A stretch of DNA of 64,000 bases, taken from contig SVJJ01000003.1 of assembly GCA_015069045.1 (NCBI GenBank), positions 44,802 through 108,801 of the forward strand. The letters are read 5' to 3'. The position numbers and the translations under genes were made by a program. The stretch comes from Oscillospiraceae bacterium (GTDB taxonomy: Bacteria; Bacillota; Clostridia; UBA1381; UBA9506). Of this stretch, positions 47,019-55,385 are shown one piece after another. Within the stretch, counting starts at the first letter, position 1. Every line of letters starts with the position of its first letter. The notes under the pieces are model-generated. The model saw only the letters and a list, made by a program, of their open reading frames with translations. It had not been told where the DNA came from and made no database searches.

Positions 47019-47125
47019 AAAAATCTTTGCTCGCAAGGAGATTTTTGCGACGCCGTCAATTGACACAGTGCTCGAAAGAGCACAAAGGAGCGTTAGCTCC
47101 TAAGAATTTTATGAAATAAAATTCT
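47019..47125. other. Cluster of four consecutive stem-loops plus a 10-bp palindrome
   Basis: GCAAAAATCT-N12-AGATTTTTGC (47019-47050); GTCAATTGAC palindrome; GTGCTC-gaaa-GAGCAC; GGAGC-gtta-GCTCC; GAATTTTA-tgaaa-TAAAATTC. Confidence 0.6.
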
Positions 47126-47218
47126 GTATGTGTCAATTATATCATATCCTCTTTCCTTTATCAATAAAAAGAATTTCTATTAACTATATTTATATTTTTT
47201 TGATATACCTCTCCGTAT

Positions 47219-47251
47219 TTGACATTTTTTTCCATCTTGCTGTGTTATAAT
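47219..47251 (+). promoter_or_regulatory. Putative spoIIGA-sigE promoter with an over-long spacer
   Basis: TTGACA (47219-47224), a 21-nt spacer, then TATAAT (47246-47251), 38 nt upstream of the spoIIGA start. TTTGACA resembles an inverted Spo0A box (6/7). Confidence 0.55.
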
Positions 47252-47289
47252 ACCACTCATAGAGAAATCAGTTTGCGGAGGATAGAAAA

Positions 47290-48201
47290 TTGGAAATCAA
47301 AATTTATGTGGATGTGTTATTTGTAACAAATCTACTGTTTAACTACCTGTTATTGTGGCTTACGGGCCTTCTGTTACGCCAGCACGCAAACACACTACGA
47401 CTTTTGTTCGTAACATTATTAGGCGCCCTATATGCTGTTTGGGCATTTTTTCTGCCCAATTTACCGCTATACACAAATATTGGCAAGTTAATAATCGGCG
47501 CTGTAATGACCATAATTGCCTATCGCCCTCATTGCCTGCGGGTTTGTCTTAAATACATATGTGTGTTCTATGCCGCTGTATTTATTCTGGGCGGTGCTGC
47601 CTTTTGTCTTTTCTGGTTTATCCGCCCATCAGAACAGGTTGGAACCATTTACCGAAATGGAACCTTATATATGAATTTACCTATATATCTCTTGTTGTTA
47701 CTCACGGCTTTGTGTTATGGCATATTAAAGGTTGCTATGAGTGTAGGGGCAAAGATCTCCGTCTCAGGAAAGGAAATCATTCCTATACACGTTGTCTATC
47801 ACGGACGAACTGTTTGTCTCCGTGGATTTTATGATAGCGGCAACAGATTACAAGCCGCCAACGGTCGCGGTATTATAATTGTTCAAAAAAGTGTCATAAA
47901 ACCTTTATTCAAAAAAGAGGAACTGGTGCAAACAGAGGTTTTTACAACCTTAAACTATCACACCCTGCAAGGGGAGGGGCAGTTAAAGGCGTTTCTGCCG
48001 GATGCCATTTACTACAAGCGCGGTCACCATGCAATACCTATTCACCCGGTTTATATTGCCTTGGTGGATGAACCGCTGAACTATTATAACAATTGGGATG
48101 CAATTTTGCCCCATGATTTTGAAGGAGTGGAACACCATGAACCAACCATTGATGCAAAAGCTGTTCAGGTTTTCAAAAAACACGGGCCAATCTGTTTTTA
48201 A
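47290..48201 (+). CDS. spoIIGA: Sigma-E processing peptidase SpoIIGA
   Basis: N-terminus [22 protein letters not shown], 5 TM segments and the aspartic-protease motif GFYDSGN. TTG start 7 nt after GGAGGA. The gene is followed by sigE. Confidence 0.85.
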   Translation: MEIKIYVDVLFVTNLLFNYLLLWLTGLLLRQHANTLRLLFVTLLGALYAVWAFFLPNLPLYTNIGKLIIGAVMTIIAYRPHCLRVCLKYICVFYAAVFILGGAAFCLFWFIRPSEQVGTIYRNGTLYMNLPIYLLLLLTALCYGILKVAMSVGAKISVSGKEIIPIHVVYHGRTVCLRGFYDSGNRLQAANGRGIIIVQKSVIKPLFKKEELVQTEVFTTLNYHTLQGEGQLKAFLPDAIYYKRGHHAIPIHPVYIALVDEPLNYYNNWDAILPHDFEGVEHHEPTIDAKAVQVFKKHGPICF

Positions 48202-48877
48202 ATGGCTTGCCAGAATTGATAACAATCTTGTTTTATATATTGGTGGCAACGATGCCCTGCCTCCACCACTATCATCTCAAGAAGAAGCCGACCTGCTTAG
48301 CCGTTTATCTCCCACCGCTATGGAGGTTAAACAAACACTAATCGAGCGCAATTTACGATTGGTTGTGTATGTGGCGCGAAAATTCGAAAATACAGGCATT
48401 AATATTGAGGACCTGATTTCAATCGGGTCGATAGGTCTCATTAAAGCCATCAATACCTTTGATACAAGTAAAAATATTAAATTGGCCACCTATGCCTCTC
48501 GATGTATAGAAAATGAAATTTTAATGTATTTGCGAAAAAACCACAATATTAAAACCGAGGTTTCTATTGATGAACCTTTAAATACGGATTGGGATGGAAA
48601 CGAATTATTACTGTCGGATGTTTTGGGAACAGAGAATGACGAAATTTCTCGTCGTATTGAGGACGAGGTTGACCGCCAACTACTGTACAGCGCCATTAAG
48701 CGTCTCTCCCTGCGCGAACGGCAAATTATGGAAATGCGTTTTGGCCTCCATGCCGGAAACGAAAAAACCCAAAAAGAGGTGGCCGATATGCTGGGAATTT
48801 CTCAATCCTATATTTCACGGCTGGAAAAAAGAATTATTGAACGATTAAGAAAGGAATTTGCAAAATTAGCTGATTAA
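48137..48877 (+). CDS. sigE: Sporulation sigma factor SigE (pro-sigma-E)
   Basis: [13 protein letters not shown] follows a pro-sequence of about 30 aa. Sigma-70 regions 2-4 are present ([46 protein letters not shown]). The ATG at 48137 follows GAAGGAG and overlaps the spoIIGA 3' end by 65 nt. Confidence 0.9.
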   Translation: MNQPLMQKLFRFSKNTGQSVFKWLARIDNNLVLYIGGNDALPPPLSSQEEADLLSRLSPTAMEVKQTLIERNLRLVVYVARKFENTGINIEDLISIGSIGLIKAINTFDTSKNIKLATYASRCIENEILMYLRKNHNIKTEVSIDEPLNTDWDGNELLLSDVLGTENDEISRRIEDEVDRQLLYSAIKRLSLRERQIMEMRFGLHAGNEKTQKEVADMLGISQSYISRLEKRIIERLRKEFAKLAD

Positions 48878-48895
48878 GCATGATAGAATTGCGGC

Positions 48896-49744
48896 TTACA
48901 AACCTAGTTGTGTGGCAATATGTTCCACGTACATATCAATAATATCCAAATTAGTCAAATGATACACCATGCGGGCTCCCACCACATCCTCTATTTCACT
49001 CAGAACAGGTTGGCCCTCATGGTAGAGCAAATCAATGCCTGCAAAATCCATAGGCAGAGCTTCTGTAATTTTCCCAACTATGGTTTGTTCCTCCGGTGTC
49101 AAAGAGTGAATGGATGCGTGACCTCCCAGACAATAATTACTGCGAAAATCGTCGTCACGGCTCCTGAGCATGGCAACCACCACTTGCCCCCCAATAACAT
49201 ACACCCTCAAATCCTGTCCCAAAGAAGAAACAGGCTTTTGAAGCAAAAAACTTTCATGGTGAAATGTTGGTAAGATTTTCACAAGCATGGCTTCGCTATC
49301 AATCCAAAGCACATCCTGACCACCATGCCCGTCACGGGGTTTCATAACCAAAGGATATCCCAGTCTTGCACCAACAGCAACAGCATCCGTTTTTGTGGCA
49401 ACACAGGTTATCGGAGTGGCTATGCCTAATGACTTCGCCATTTGTATGGTTTTTAACTTATCATTAGCAAGAGCCGATACCTGGGCGCTGTTAAATACGC
49501 GGCAGCCCGATTTTTCTAAGGTAGCTGAAAAAAAAGGAGCGTCTGCCCTCATAATAACAAAATCCGGCAATGAGGTTTTTTTGTTGTTAAAAGCGGAAAC
49601 GGAACCTGCTGTCTCCGGTGATAATTCTTCTAAATACTTAAGTTGAATATGGATTTTTCTTCGTGCACAAGCCTTATGATACATGGTAACAGCAAATTTG
49701 TTTCTTTCGGCCTCCTGTTTTCGATAAATCAGCCAACCCTTCAT
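48896..49744 (-). CDS. RimK-type ATP-grasp ligase (paralogue B)
   Basis: YPLVMKPRDGHGGQDV...LLQKPV....DLRVYVIGG...R....DFRSN...GG......FAGIDLL matches the ATP-grasp pattern. Confidence 0.7.
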   Translation of the reverse strand: MKGWLIYRKQEAERNKFAVTMYHKACARRKIHIQLKYLEELSPETAGSVSAFNNKKTSLPDFVIMRADAPFFSATLEKSGCRVFNSAQVSALANDKLKTIQMAKSLGIATPITCVATKTDAVAVGARLGYPLVMKPRDGHGGQDVLWIDSEAMLVKILPTFHHESFLLQKPVSSLGQDLRVYVIGGQVVVAMLRSRDDDFRSNYCLGGHASIHSLTPEEQTIVGKITEALPMDFAGIDLLYHEGQPVLSEIEDVVGARMVYHLTNLDIIDMYVEHIATQLGL

Positions 49745-49745
49745 C

Positions 49746-50639
49746 TCACATACTCCTATTGACCTTTTTTAAACTCTCGGCCACATATGACAAAATAGTT
49801 TCTGCCACATTTACACCGGTACACGTATATAAATTTTTAAAATGAGCATTAGAATTAACCTCGCATAATAGCGGTGTCCCCCCCGGTCCATGTAAAAAAT
49901 CTACGCCTGCAAAATCCAAACCCAAACGTTGGCATGCCAAAAGAGCCATTTCTTTTTCCTGCTCCGTAGGCTCATAGAACTCCATATTACCGCCCGCCGT
50001 TATGTTGGCACGAAAATCCCCTGTTGTATTATAGCGTTTCATAGCTGCTACCACCTGATTACCAACCACCTGCAAGCGCACATCGCAACTCCTGCTTTCT
50101 TCCACAAACTGTTGAAATAAAAAGGCTCTGCCGGCAAGGCTAATAACACGGTCTTCGGCCTCTTTTATATCATGAACCAAATAGACTTGACCTCCAAAGG
50201 AGCCAAAGCATTCCTTAATGACCATAGGCCATCCAAGTACATCCCCTGCTTCTTTAACAAAATTCATATCAGGATACCCAACATTTGGATAGGTCATAGG
50301 AGCACAAATAGTCTGTGGCATGGGGATATGCCCGGCAAGAGTCAAATGTGTCAGGCTCTTATCGTCACAAAGAGCAACAGCGCGGGCTGCATTAAATAAA
50401 CGCAGTCCTTTTCGCTCTAAAGCCATTGCTAACCGAATGTCCTTATCCCAAAACAATCCAAAATCAGGCAGAGGTTCCTGATTGACCATACCGCCATCAA
50501 TACTTTGCATTAAGTCACAGCCGGTTTTAATTTTTAACGTAAAACCAATTTGTTCTGCTGCCTCCTGAAGCCATTCGTAATGCTCTTCAAATTTATCTGA
50601 TTGTAAAAAGTGATTGATAATCAGCCAACCATTTTTCAT
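49746..50639 (-). CDS. RimK-type ATP-grasp ligase (paralogue A)
   Basis: WPMVIKECFGSFGGQVYLV...FQQFV....CDVRLQVVG...DFRANITAGG...FAGVDFL. A 1-nt gap separates it from paralogue B. Confidence 0.7.
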   Translation of the reverse strand: MKNGWLIINHFLQSDKFEEHYEWLQEAAEQIGFTLKIKTGCDLMQSIDGGMVNQEPLPDFGLFWDKDIRLAMALERKGLRLFNAARAVALCDDKSLTHLTLAGHIPMPQTICAPMTYPNVGYPDMNFVKEAGDVLGWPMVIKECFGSFGGQVYLVHDIKEAEDRVISLAGRAFLFQQFVEESRSCDVRLQVVGNQVVAAMKRYNTTGDFRANITAGGNMEFYEPTEQEKEMALLACQRLGLDFAGVDFLHGPGGTPLLCEVNSNAHFKNLYTCTGVNVAETILSYVAESLKKVNRSM

Positions 50640-50729
50640 TTTTACACCTTCCGTTTTTAACTTAAAAAAACTGCAACGCCATATAGATAAAATCCTACAG
50701 CGCTACAGTTAAAACAGCTATCAAGTGAA

Positions 50730-51356
50730 TTACAGAGTGCCAAACAACCTGTCACCTGCATCACCAAGACCGGGTAAAATGTATCCATTTTCATTCAGTT
50801 TTTCATCTAAAGCTGCTATATAAATATCAACATCTGGATGTTGCTCCTGCACCGCTTTAACGCCTTCCGGTGCACCAATAATACACATGAGCTTAATCCG
50901 CTTGGCACCCCGTTGTTTAATAAAATCAATGGCGGCTGCTGCACTGCCACCGGTAGCCAGCATGGGGTCTAAAACCAGAACCTGGCGTTTTTCAATGTCT
51001 GTTGGCAGTTTACAATAGTATTCAACAGGTTGCAATGTTTCGTGGTCACGATATAGACCAATATGGCCAACCTTTGCAGCAGGAATCAGGCTGGTTAATG
51101 CATCGACCATACCGAGGCCGGCACGCAAAATCGGCACTAATGCCACCTGTTTTTCAATACTGTAGCCAATCGTTTCCATTAAGGGGGTTTCCACCTTCAT
51201 TTCGGAGAGTTGTAAATCTTTTGTAGCCTCATAACCCATAAGCAAAGCAATTTCGTTAATCAATTCACGAAAGTCCTTAACAGATGTGTCCTTACTTCTT
51301 AAAATAGAAACCTTATGCTTAATTAAAGGATGTTCCATTACGCACAGTTGACTCAT
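50730..51356 (-). CDS. upp: Uracil phosphoribosyltransferase
   Basis: HPLIKHK...LR...T....FRELI.E...L..YE and the PRPP motif [14 protein letters not shown]. Confidence 0.95.
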   Translation of the reverse strand: MSQLCVMEHPLIKHKVSILRSKDTSVKDFRELINEIALLMGYEATKDLQLSEMKVETPLMETIGYSIEKQVALVPILRAGLGMVDALTSLIPAAKVGHIGLYRDHETLQPVEYYCKLPTDIEKRQVLVLDPMLATGGSAAAAIDFIKQRGAKRIKLMCIIGAPEGVKAVQEQHPDVDIYIAALDEKLNENGYILPGLGDAGDRLFGTL

Positions 51357-51608
51357 GCTACCCCTCTTTTCTTAATTGTAAACTATTAGAAACAATCATG
51401 TTGTACGATACATATTATATAACATTTTTTTTTGTTTGTCCACATAAAAATTAAGAAAAATAAAATACTTTGTCAAAATGAAGCAATGAGTATGACACCA
51501 CAAACGAATACCGCCTACCTTATCTATTGTTTTTTGCGGCATTTTCCGTAAAAAATAATAATGCAACAAAAAAAGATTAATTTTTTGTGAAATGTCGAAA
51601 AAAATTTG

Positions 51609-51637
51609 TTGACATTTACACCAAATTTCGGTATAAT
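51609..51637 (+). promoter_or_regulatory. Consensus sigma-A promoter upstream of rpsU
   Basis: TTGACA (51609-51614), a 17-nt spacer, then TATAAT (51632-51637). A single TGTCGAA lies at 51593-51599. Confidence 0.75.
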
Positions 51638-51795
51638 ATACTTCGTAGTTTTGTATAGCGAGGAATTTTCCGTGAGGCAAAAACCGTCTCGCACATTGCC
51701 CTGTCGCATAGTTCGTATGGTTCTGCGGCTTTTGGGCCACCCATCATTTAGCATGATGAAACCCAACGCAAAGTACCGGAGGGAGGGAATATTAC

Positions 51796-51972
51796 ATGTC
51801 CGAAATCAGACTTAAGGATCACGAGTCTTTAGATAGTGCCCTACGTCGTTTTAAGCGTTCCTGCGCAAAAGATGGCGTTCTTTCAGAACTTAGAAAAAGA
51901 GAGCATTATGAAAAGCCCAGTGTAAAAAGAAAAAAGAAATCCGAAGCTGCCAGAAAAAGAAAGTTTAAGTAA
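51796..51972 (+). CDS. rpsU: 30S ribosomal protein S21
   Basis: My own translation gives [58 protein letters not shown] (58 aa). GGAGGGAGGG RBS. The ORF is below the ORF-track size cutoff. Confidence 0.9.
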   Translation: MSEIRLKDHESLDSALRRFKRSCAKDGVLSELRKREHYEKPSVKRKKKSEAARKRKFK

Positions 51973-51996
51973 TTCTGGTTTAACACATGGCTTATC

Positions 51997-52033
51997 GCAG
52001 CAAGACGAAGTTTGTCTTGCTGCTTTCTTTTTG
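51997..52033 (+). terminator. rpsU intrinsic terminator
   Basis: GCAGCAAGAC-gaagttt-GTCTTGCTGC followed by TTTCTTTTT. Confidence 0.85.
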
Positions 52034-52038
52034 TAAAC

Positions 52039-52069
52039 CAATGGAACTGTAAAAATAACAGTTCCATTG
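52039..52069. terminator. Second stem-loop between rpsU and the convergent membrane-protein gene
   Basis: CAATGGAACTGT-aaaaata-ACAGTTCCATTG forms a 12-bp stem. There is no clear U-run on either strand. Confidence 0.4.
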
Positions 52070-52093
52070 TAACATTGTAAAGCCTAACTTCTG

Positions 52094-52480
52094 TTACTGA
52101 CGACACAAACAATTAGTAAAGCAAACAACTGTAGCCAAAACAAACACTGCCAAAAACGTGGCAATCCCCAACACAATAGCCACAGTAACAGTCGATGCTA
52201 CCGTACGAATAATCAATCCAACAGTTGCAACAATGGTTGTACCGATAGATACAGCCGTCAATAATCTCCTGTGCTTGCAAAAACAACCTTCTCCATCACC
52301 TGCACCCTGTTGGCTGTAAAGGGGTGCTAAAAAGATAGCCGCAATACCTATAGCAAGGTATGCCCAAAAGATAAGGCTTGTTGTTACAAAACCCAAAGCA
52401 TATAAAACACTTAGGGCAACGCCTGCTAGTATGCTCACGATTGCTGCTACGCAGGTGCACTTACATTGATAACATCTCAT
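52094..52480 (-). CDS. Hypothetical Cys-rich 4-TM membrane protein (128 aa)
   Basis: AAGGAGGTG RBS. N-terminus MRCYQCKCTC, internal GCFCKH and C-terminus CFTNCLCRQ flank four hydrophobic helices. Confidence 0.55.
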   Translation of the reverse strand: MRCYQCKCTCVAAIVSILAGVALSVLYALGFVTTSLIFWAYLAIGIAAIFLAPLYSQQGAGDGEGCFCKHRRLLTAVSIGTTIVATVGLIIRTVASTVTVAIVLGIATFLAVFVLATVVCFTNCLCRQ

Positions 52481-52670
52481 ATATATTCACCTCCTTTATT
52501 ATCAGTATATGTATATGGTGATTTTGGGTGCATAGGGGTAAAGGTCTGCAGGGAACATGCATTTCCCATTGTCACATACGAATTAACAGCCATTGCAAAC
52601 CCAAAAGGCACAACGATAAAAAAGAAAGTGTTATACTTTTGATATAACATAAAGACACCGTAAATAAAGC

Positions 52671-52714
52671 AACAAAGGGTCCCCACACAAATAACTACAT
52701 GGGGACCCTTTGTT
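52671..52714. terminator. Perfect 14-bp inverted repeat downstream of the nitroreductase gene
   Basis: AACAAAGGGTCCCC-N16-GGGGACCCTTTGTT. On the minus strand it is followed by GCTTTATTT. Confidence 0.6.
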
Positions 52715-52780
52715 ATTCATTCAACATTCTGGCGATTCGAAAAGCGTGCATCAATCTATCCATGTATTGCTGCACTTACC

Positions 52781-53326
52781 TTACCATGTCTGAAAACACC
52801 GTGTTTCCTCGGCAGGCTTTCTTATTTTTTCTCGCACGCCGGGCTGTTCTGCATATCCAACTGCCACAATTAAACGAATTGGAATAGATGCCGGTATTTG
52901 CAGAACACTTCTAACTGCCTCCTCGTCAAAGCATCCTAAAATACAAGTCGAAAGTCCTTTCTCTGTGGCAGCTAAAGTGAGGAGCATGGTAGCCATACCG
53001 AGATCCATTTTTGCAAAATATTGCTCATCTGTACAAACACCGGGCTTTAAGGTTGCCTGGGTTTCACAAATTACCACAAAAGCACCTGCTTTATCTACAA
53101 AATTATTGCGGCCGCTTTTTTTAATCATTTGAGCCAAAGCCTCAGTATGTTCCCCATAAACACCAATCATACGCCAAGGTTGAGAGTTACAGGCCGAAGG
53201 GGCAAGGCAGGCGGTTTCCATAATATCCTGTAACAGTTCATAAGAAACTGTCCGTCCGTCATAGGCTCGGCAACTTTCTCGTTTACAAGCTAATTCTTTT
53301 ACTGTCATTCTGCTCATCTCTTTCAA
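52781..53326 (-). CDS. Nitroreductase-family protein
   Basis: R.S.RAY.......L..I.E.A.LAPSACNSQPWR and about 180 aa. Confidence 0.8.
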   Translation of the reverse strand: MKEMSRMTVKELACKRESCRAYDGRTVSYELLQDIMETACLAPSACNSQPWRMIGVYGEHTEALAQMIKKSGRNNFVDKAGAFVVICETQATLKPGVCTDEQYFAKMDLGMATMLLTLAATEKGLSTCILGCFDEEAVRSVLQIPASIPIRLIVAVGYAEQPGVREKIRKPAEETRCFQTW

Positions 53327-53412
53327 ATAAATTTTTTCATTTTTTTACTTCGTATGGAACTTCATCTTTCGGCAATACTGAAAACGAAACCAATTAGGAG
53401 GCGTTTTCATAC

Positions 53413-54663
53413 ATGAATACATTTGTTATACAAGGCGGAAAACCTTTATGCGGCACTGTAGCCGTAACGGGGTCTAAAAATGCTGCTCTTCCCATTTTAG
53501 CATCCTCTCTTTTATCCGGTGACAAGGTGTTGCTAAAGGAAATTCCTGCCTTAACCGATGTCAAAATTATGTGCGAAATCTTATCAGTACTGGGTTGCAG
53601 GATGGACCAGAAAAATGTAAATGAAGTAATCGTTGATACCCGAAAGCTAAATCATTGCATTGTACCCTATGAATTAGCCGGTCTCCTGCGGGGCTCTATT
53701 TTAGTAATGGGACCCTTGTTGGCACGGTTGGGGCAAGTGCAGATTGCTATGCCCGGCGGTTGCCCCATTGGGGCCCGTCCTGTAGATTTGCATATTAAAG
53801 GTTTTGCTGCTTTGGGCGCATCCATTACAACCGCAGAAGGTTGTATCATTGCCACAGCAAAAAAACTGCATGGGGCTAAAATATATTTAGATTTCCCCAG
53901 TGTAGGCGCAACTGAAAATATTATGTCCGCTGCCGTATTAGCGCAAGGAGATACTATCATTGAAAACGCCGCCGTTGAACCGGAGGTTGTGGACCTGGCC
54001 AACTTTTTATGCAGCATGGGGGCCAAAATAAGTGGTGCAGGCACCGATACCATTAAAATTACCGGTGTTACATCCCTTCACGGCACACAGTACACCATTA
54101 TGCCCGACCGCATCGAGGCTGGCACCCTCCTTGTTGCCGCAGCCGCCACCGGTGGTTGCGTAACGGTAACAAATATTTTACCTGAATATAGCAAGCCTAT
54201 GACCGCCAAATTACTCGAAATGAATGTGCCGATAACCATGGGCGAAAATACTATTTCCATTCATGGTGGGGGCGCCTTACAAGCCGTTGATGTAAAAACG
54301 CTGCCTTTCCCGGGTTTTCCCACCGATATGCAGGCACCTATGACCGCCCTTTTATCCATAGCTCGGGGTATTGCCCTGGTGACAGAAACTATTTTTGAAA
54401 ATCGATTTATGCATGTTGCTGAACTCTGTCGTATGGGTGCTTCTATTAAAGTGGCAGGTCGTTGTGCAATGATTGAGGGATGTAATCATTTAACCGGCGC
54501 CAAGGTAACTGCCACGGATTTGCGTGCTGGTGCAGCCCTGGTGATTGCAGGCCTGGCAGCCCGCGGCGACACCGAAATCTCTGATATTCATCACATCGAC
54601 CGAGGTTATGCCGCTTTAGAGAAAAAATTGCAACAGTTAGGAGCAGATATAAGGCGTAAATAA
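53413..54663 (+). CDS. murA: UDP-N-acetylglucosamine 1-carboxyvinyltransferase
   Basis: GSKNAALPILA, MPGGCPIGARPVDLHIKG (catalytic Cys) and FPGFPTDMQAP. Confidence 0.95.
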   Translation: MNTFVIQGGKPLCGTVAVTGSKNAALPILASSLLSGDKVLLKEIPALTDVKIMCEILSVLGCRMDQKNVNEVIVDTRKLNHCIVPYELAGLLRGSILVMGPLLARLGQVQIAMPGGCPIGARPVDLHIKGFAALGASITTAEGCIIATAKKLHGAKIYLDFPSVGATENIMSAAVLAQGDTIIENAAVEPEVVDLANFLCSMGAKISGAGTDTIKITGVTSLHGTQYTIMPDRIEAGTLLVAAAATGGCVTVTNILPEYSKPMTAKLLEMNVPITMGENTISIHGGGALQAVDVKTLPFPGFPTDMQAPMTALLSIARGIALVTETIFENRFMHVAELCRMGASIKVAGRCAMIEGCNHLTGAKVTATDLRAGAALVIAGLAARGDTEISDIHHIDRGYAALEKKLQQLGADIRRK

Positions 54664-54758
54664 TAATCAAAAAACAGGTTGCGCGCAAATATAAGTACAC
54701 ATCGCAACCAACCTCGCCTCACACGCTGATACCCACCATTATACCACAAACAAAAATA

Positions 54759-55334
54759 TTACAATTCTATAGGCTCCCTGTCTTCCTTTATTTCCAAAAG
54801 GCCAATTATATTTTCATAAAAACCATAAGGATCCTCGCGAAAACGACGACACATTAAAAGGCCATGCTGTTTACTGCCGGCAAACAACTCTAAGGATAAC
54901 AATATCTTTTTCCCTTCTCTTAATTCTAATTCCACATTGTACAAATTATCCCCCAAGGGTTGTACATCACAGCGCAAAGATTTACGGCTGCGTTCATTAC
55001 GATAATATTGGTCAACCGATTGCTTTAATCCCTTTTTTACGCTGGGAAGGAGCTTATTGGCAAACATAGAAATCATATCCTCACCGGAAGGGGTTAACAC
55101 ATACTTATCCATTTCATCACGCCATACCGTTTTGATATGATTTTCTCCCAATAGCTGTTCTAAAACATTACATAATTCCATGAAATCTACCCGCGTAGCC
55201 TCAATCATACAATGTTTTAATTCTACATCACTAACAGGAATATCTGCATAAGAAAGTGTATATAAAACTGCCAGCTTAATTTCCACAGGGTCATTAAGCC
55301 TATAGTATACATTTTCCCAAATATTTTTTTCCAT
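54759..55334 (-). CDS. DUF4364-like (PadR-like winged-helix) protein
   Basis: N-terminal KLAVLYTLSYADIPVSDVELKHCMIE resembles DUF4364 proteins of Clostridia. The assignment is weak and made by eye. Confidence 0.45.
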   Translation of the reverse strand: MEKNIWENVYYRLNDPVEIKLAVLYTLSYADIPVSDVELKHCMIEATRVDFMELCNVLEQLLGENHIKTVWRDEMDKYVLTPSGEDMISMFANKLLPSVKKGLKQSVDQYYRNERSRKSLRCDVQPLGDNLYNVELELREGKKILLSLELFAGSKQHGLLMCRRFREDPYGFYENIIGLLEIKEDREPIEL

Positions 55335-55385
55335 ACCCGACGCCTTCTTTCGCCTTTTTCGGCTTTATTTTATCCACGCTAAGCT

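Noticed and set aside
46879-47103. 74-aa plus-strand ORF in the island/spoIIGA gap
   Set aside because: It is built from the R5 repeat and the hairpin cluster. It has no RBS and no recognisable protein features.
51593-51599. Single TGTCGAA just upstream of the rpsU -35
   Set aside because: A lone 7-mer is expected by chance several times in 64 kb counting both strands. Only the tandem, phased, RBS-adjacent pairs are treated as meaningful.
51396-51815. ORFs 51396..51740, 51524..51766 (minus) and 51606..51815 (plus)
   Set aside because: They cover the AT-rich upp/rpsU intergenic region, the consensus rpsU promoter and the leader. They have no RBS and implausible sequences.
52477-52887. ORFs 52477..52686 (minus) and 52699..52887 (plus), both starting MGTLC
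   Set aside because: The shared MGTLC N-terminus is a mirror artefact of the perfect 14-bp inverted repeat at 52671-52714. The plus ORF is antisense to the nitroreductase gene.
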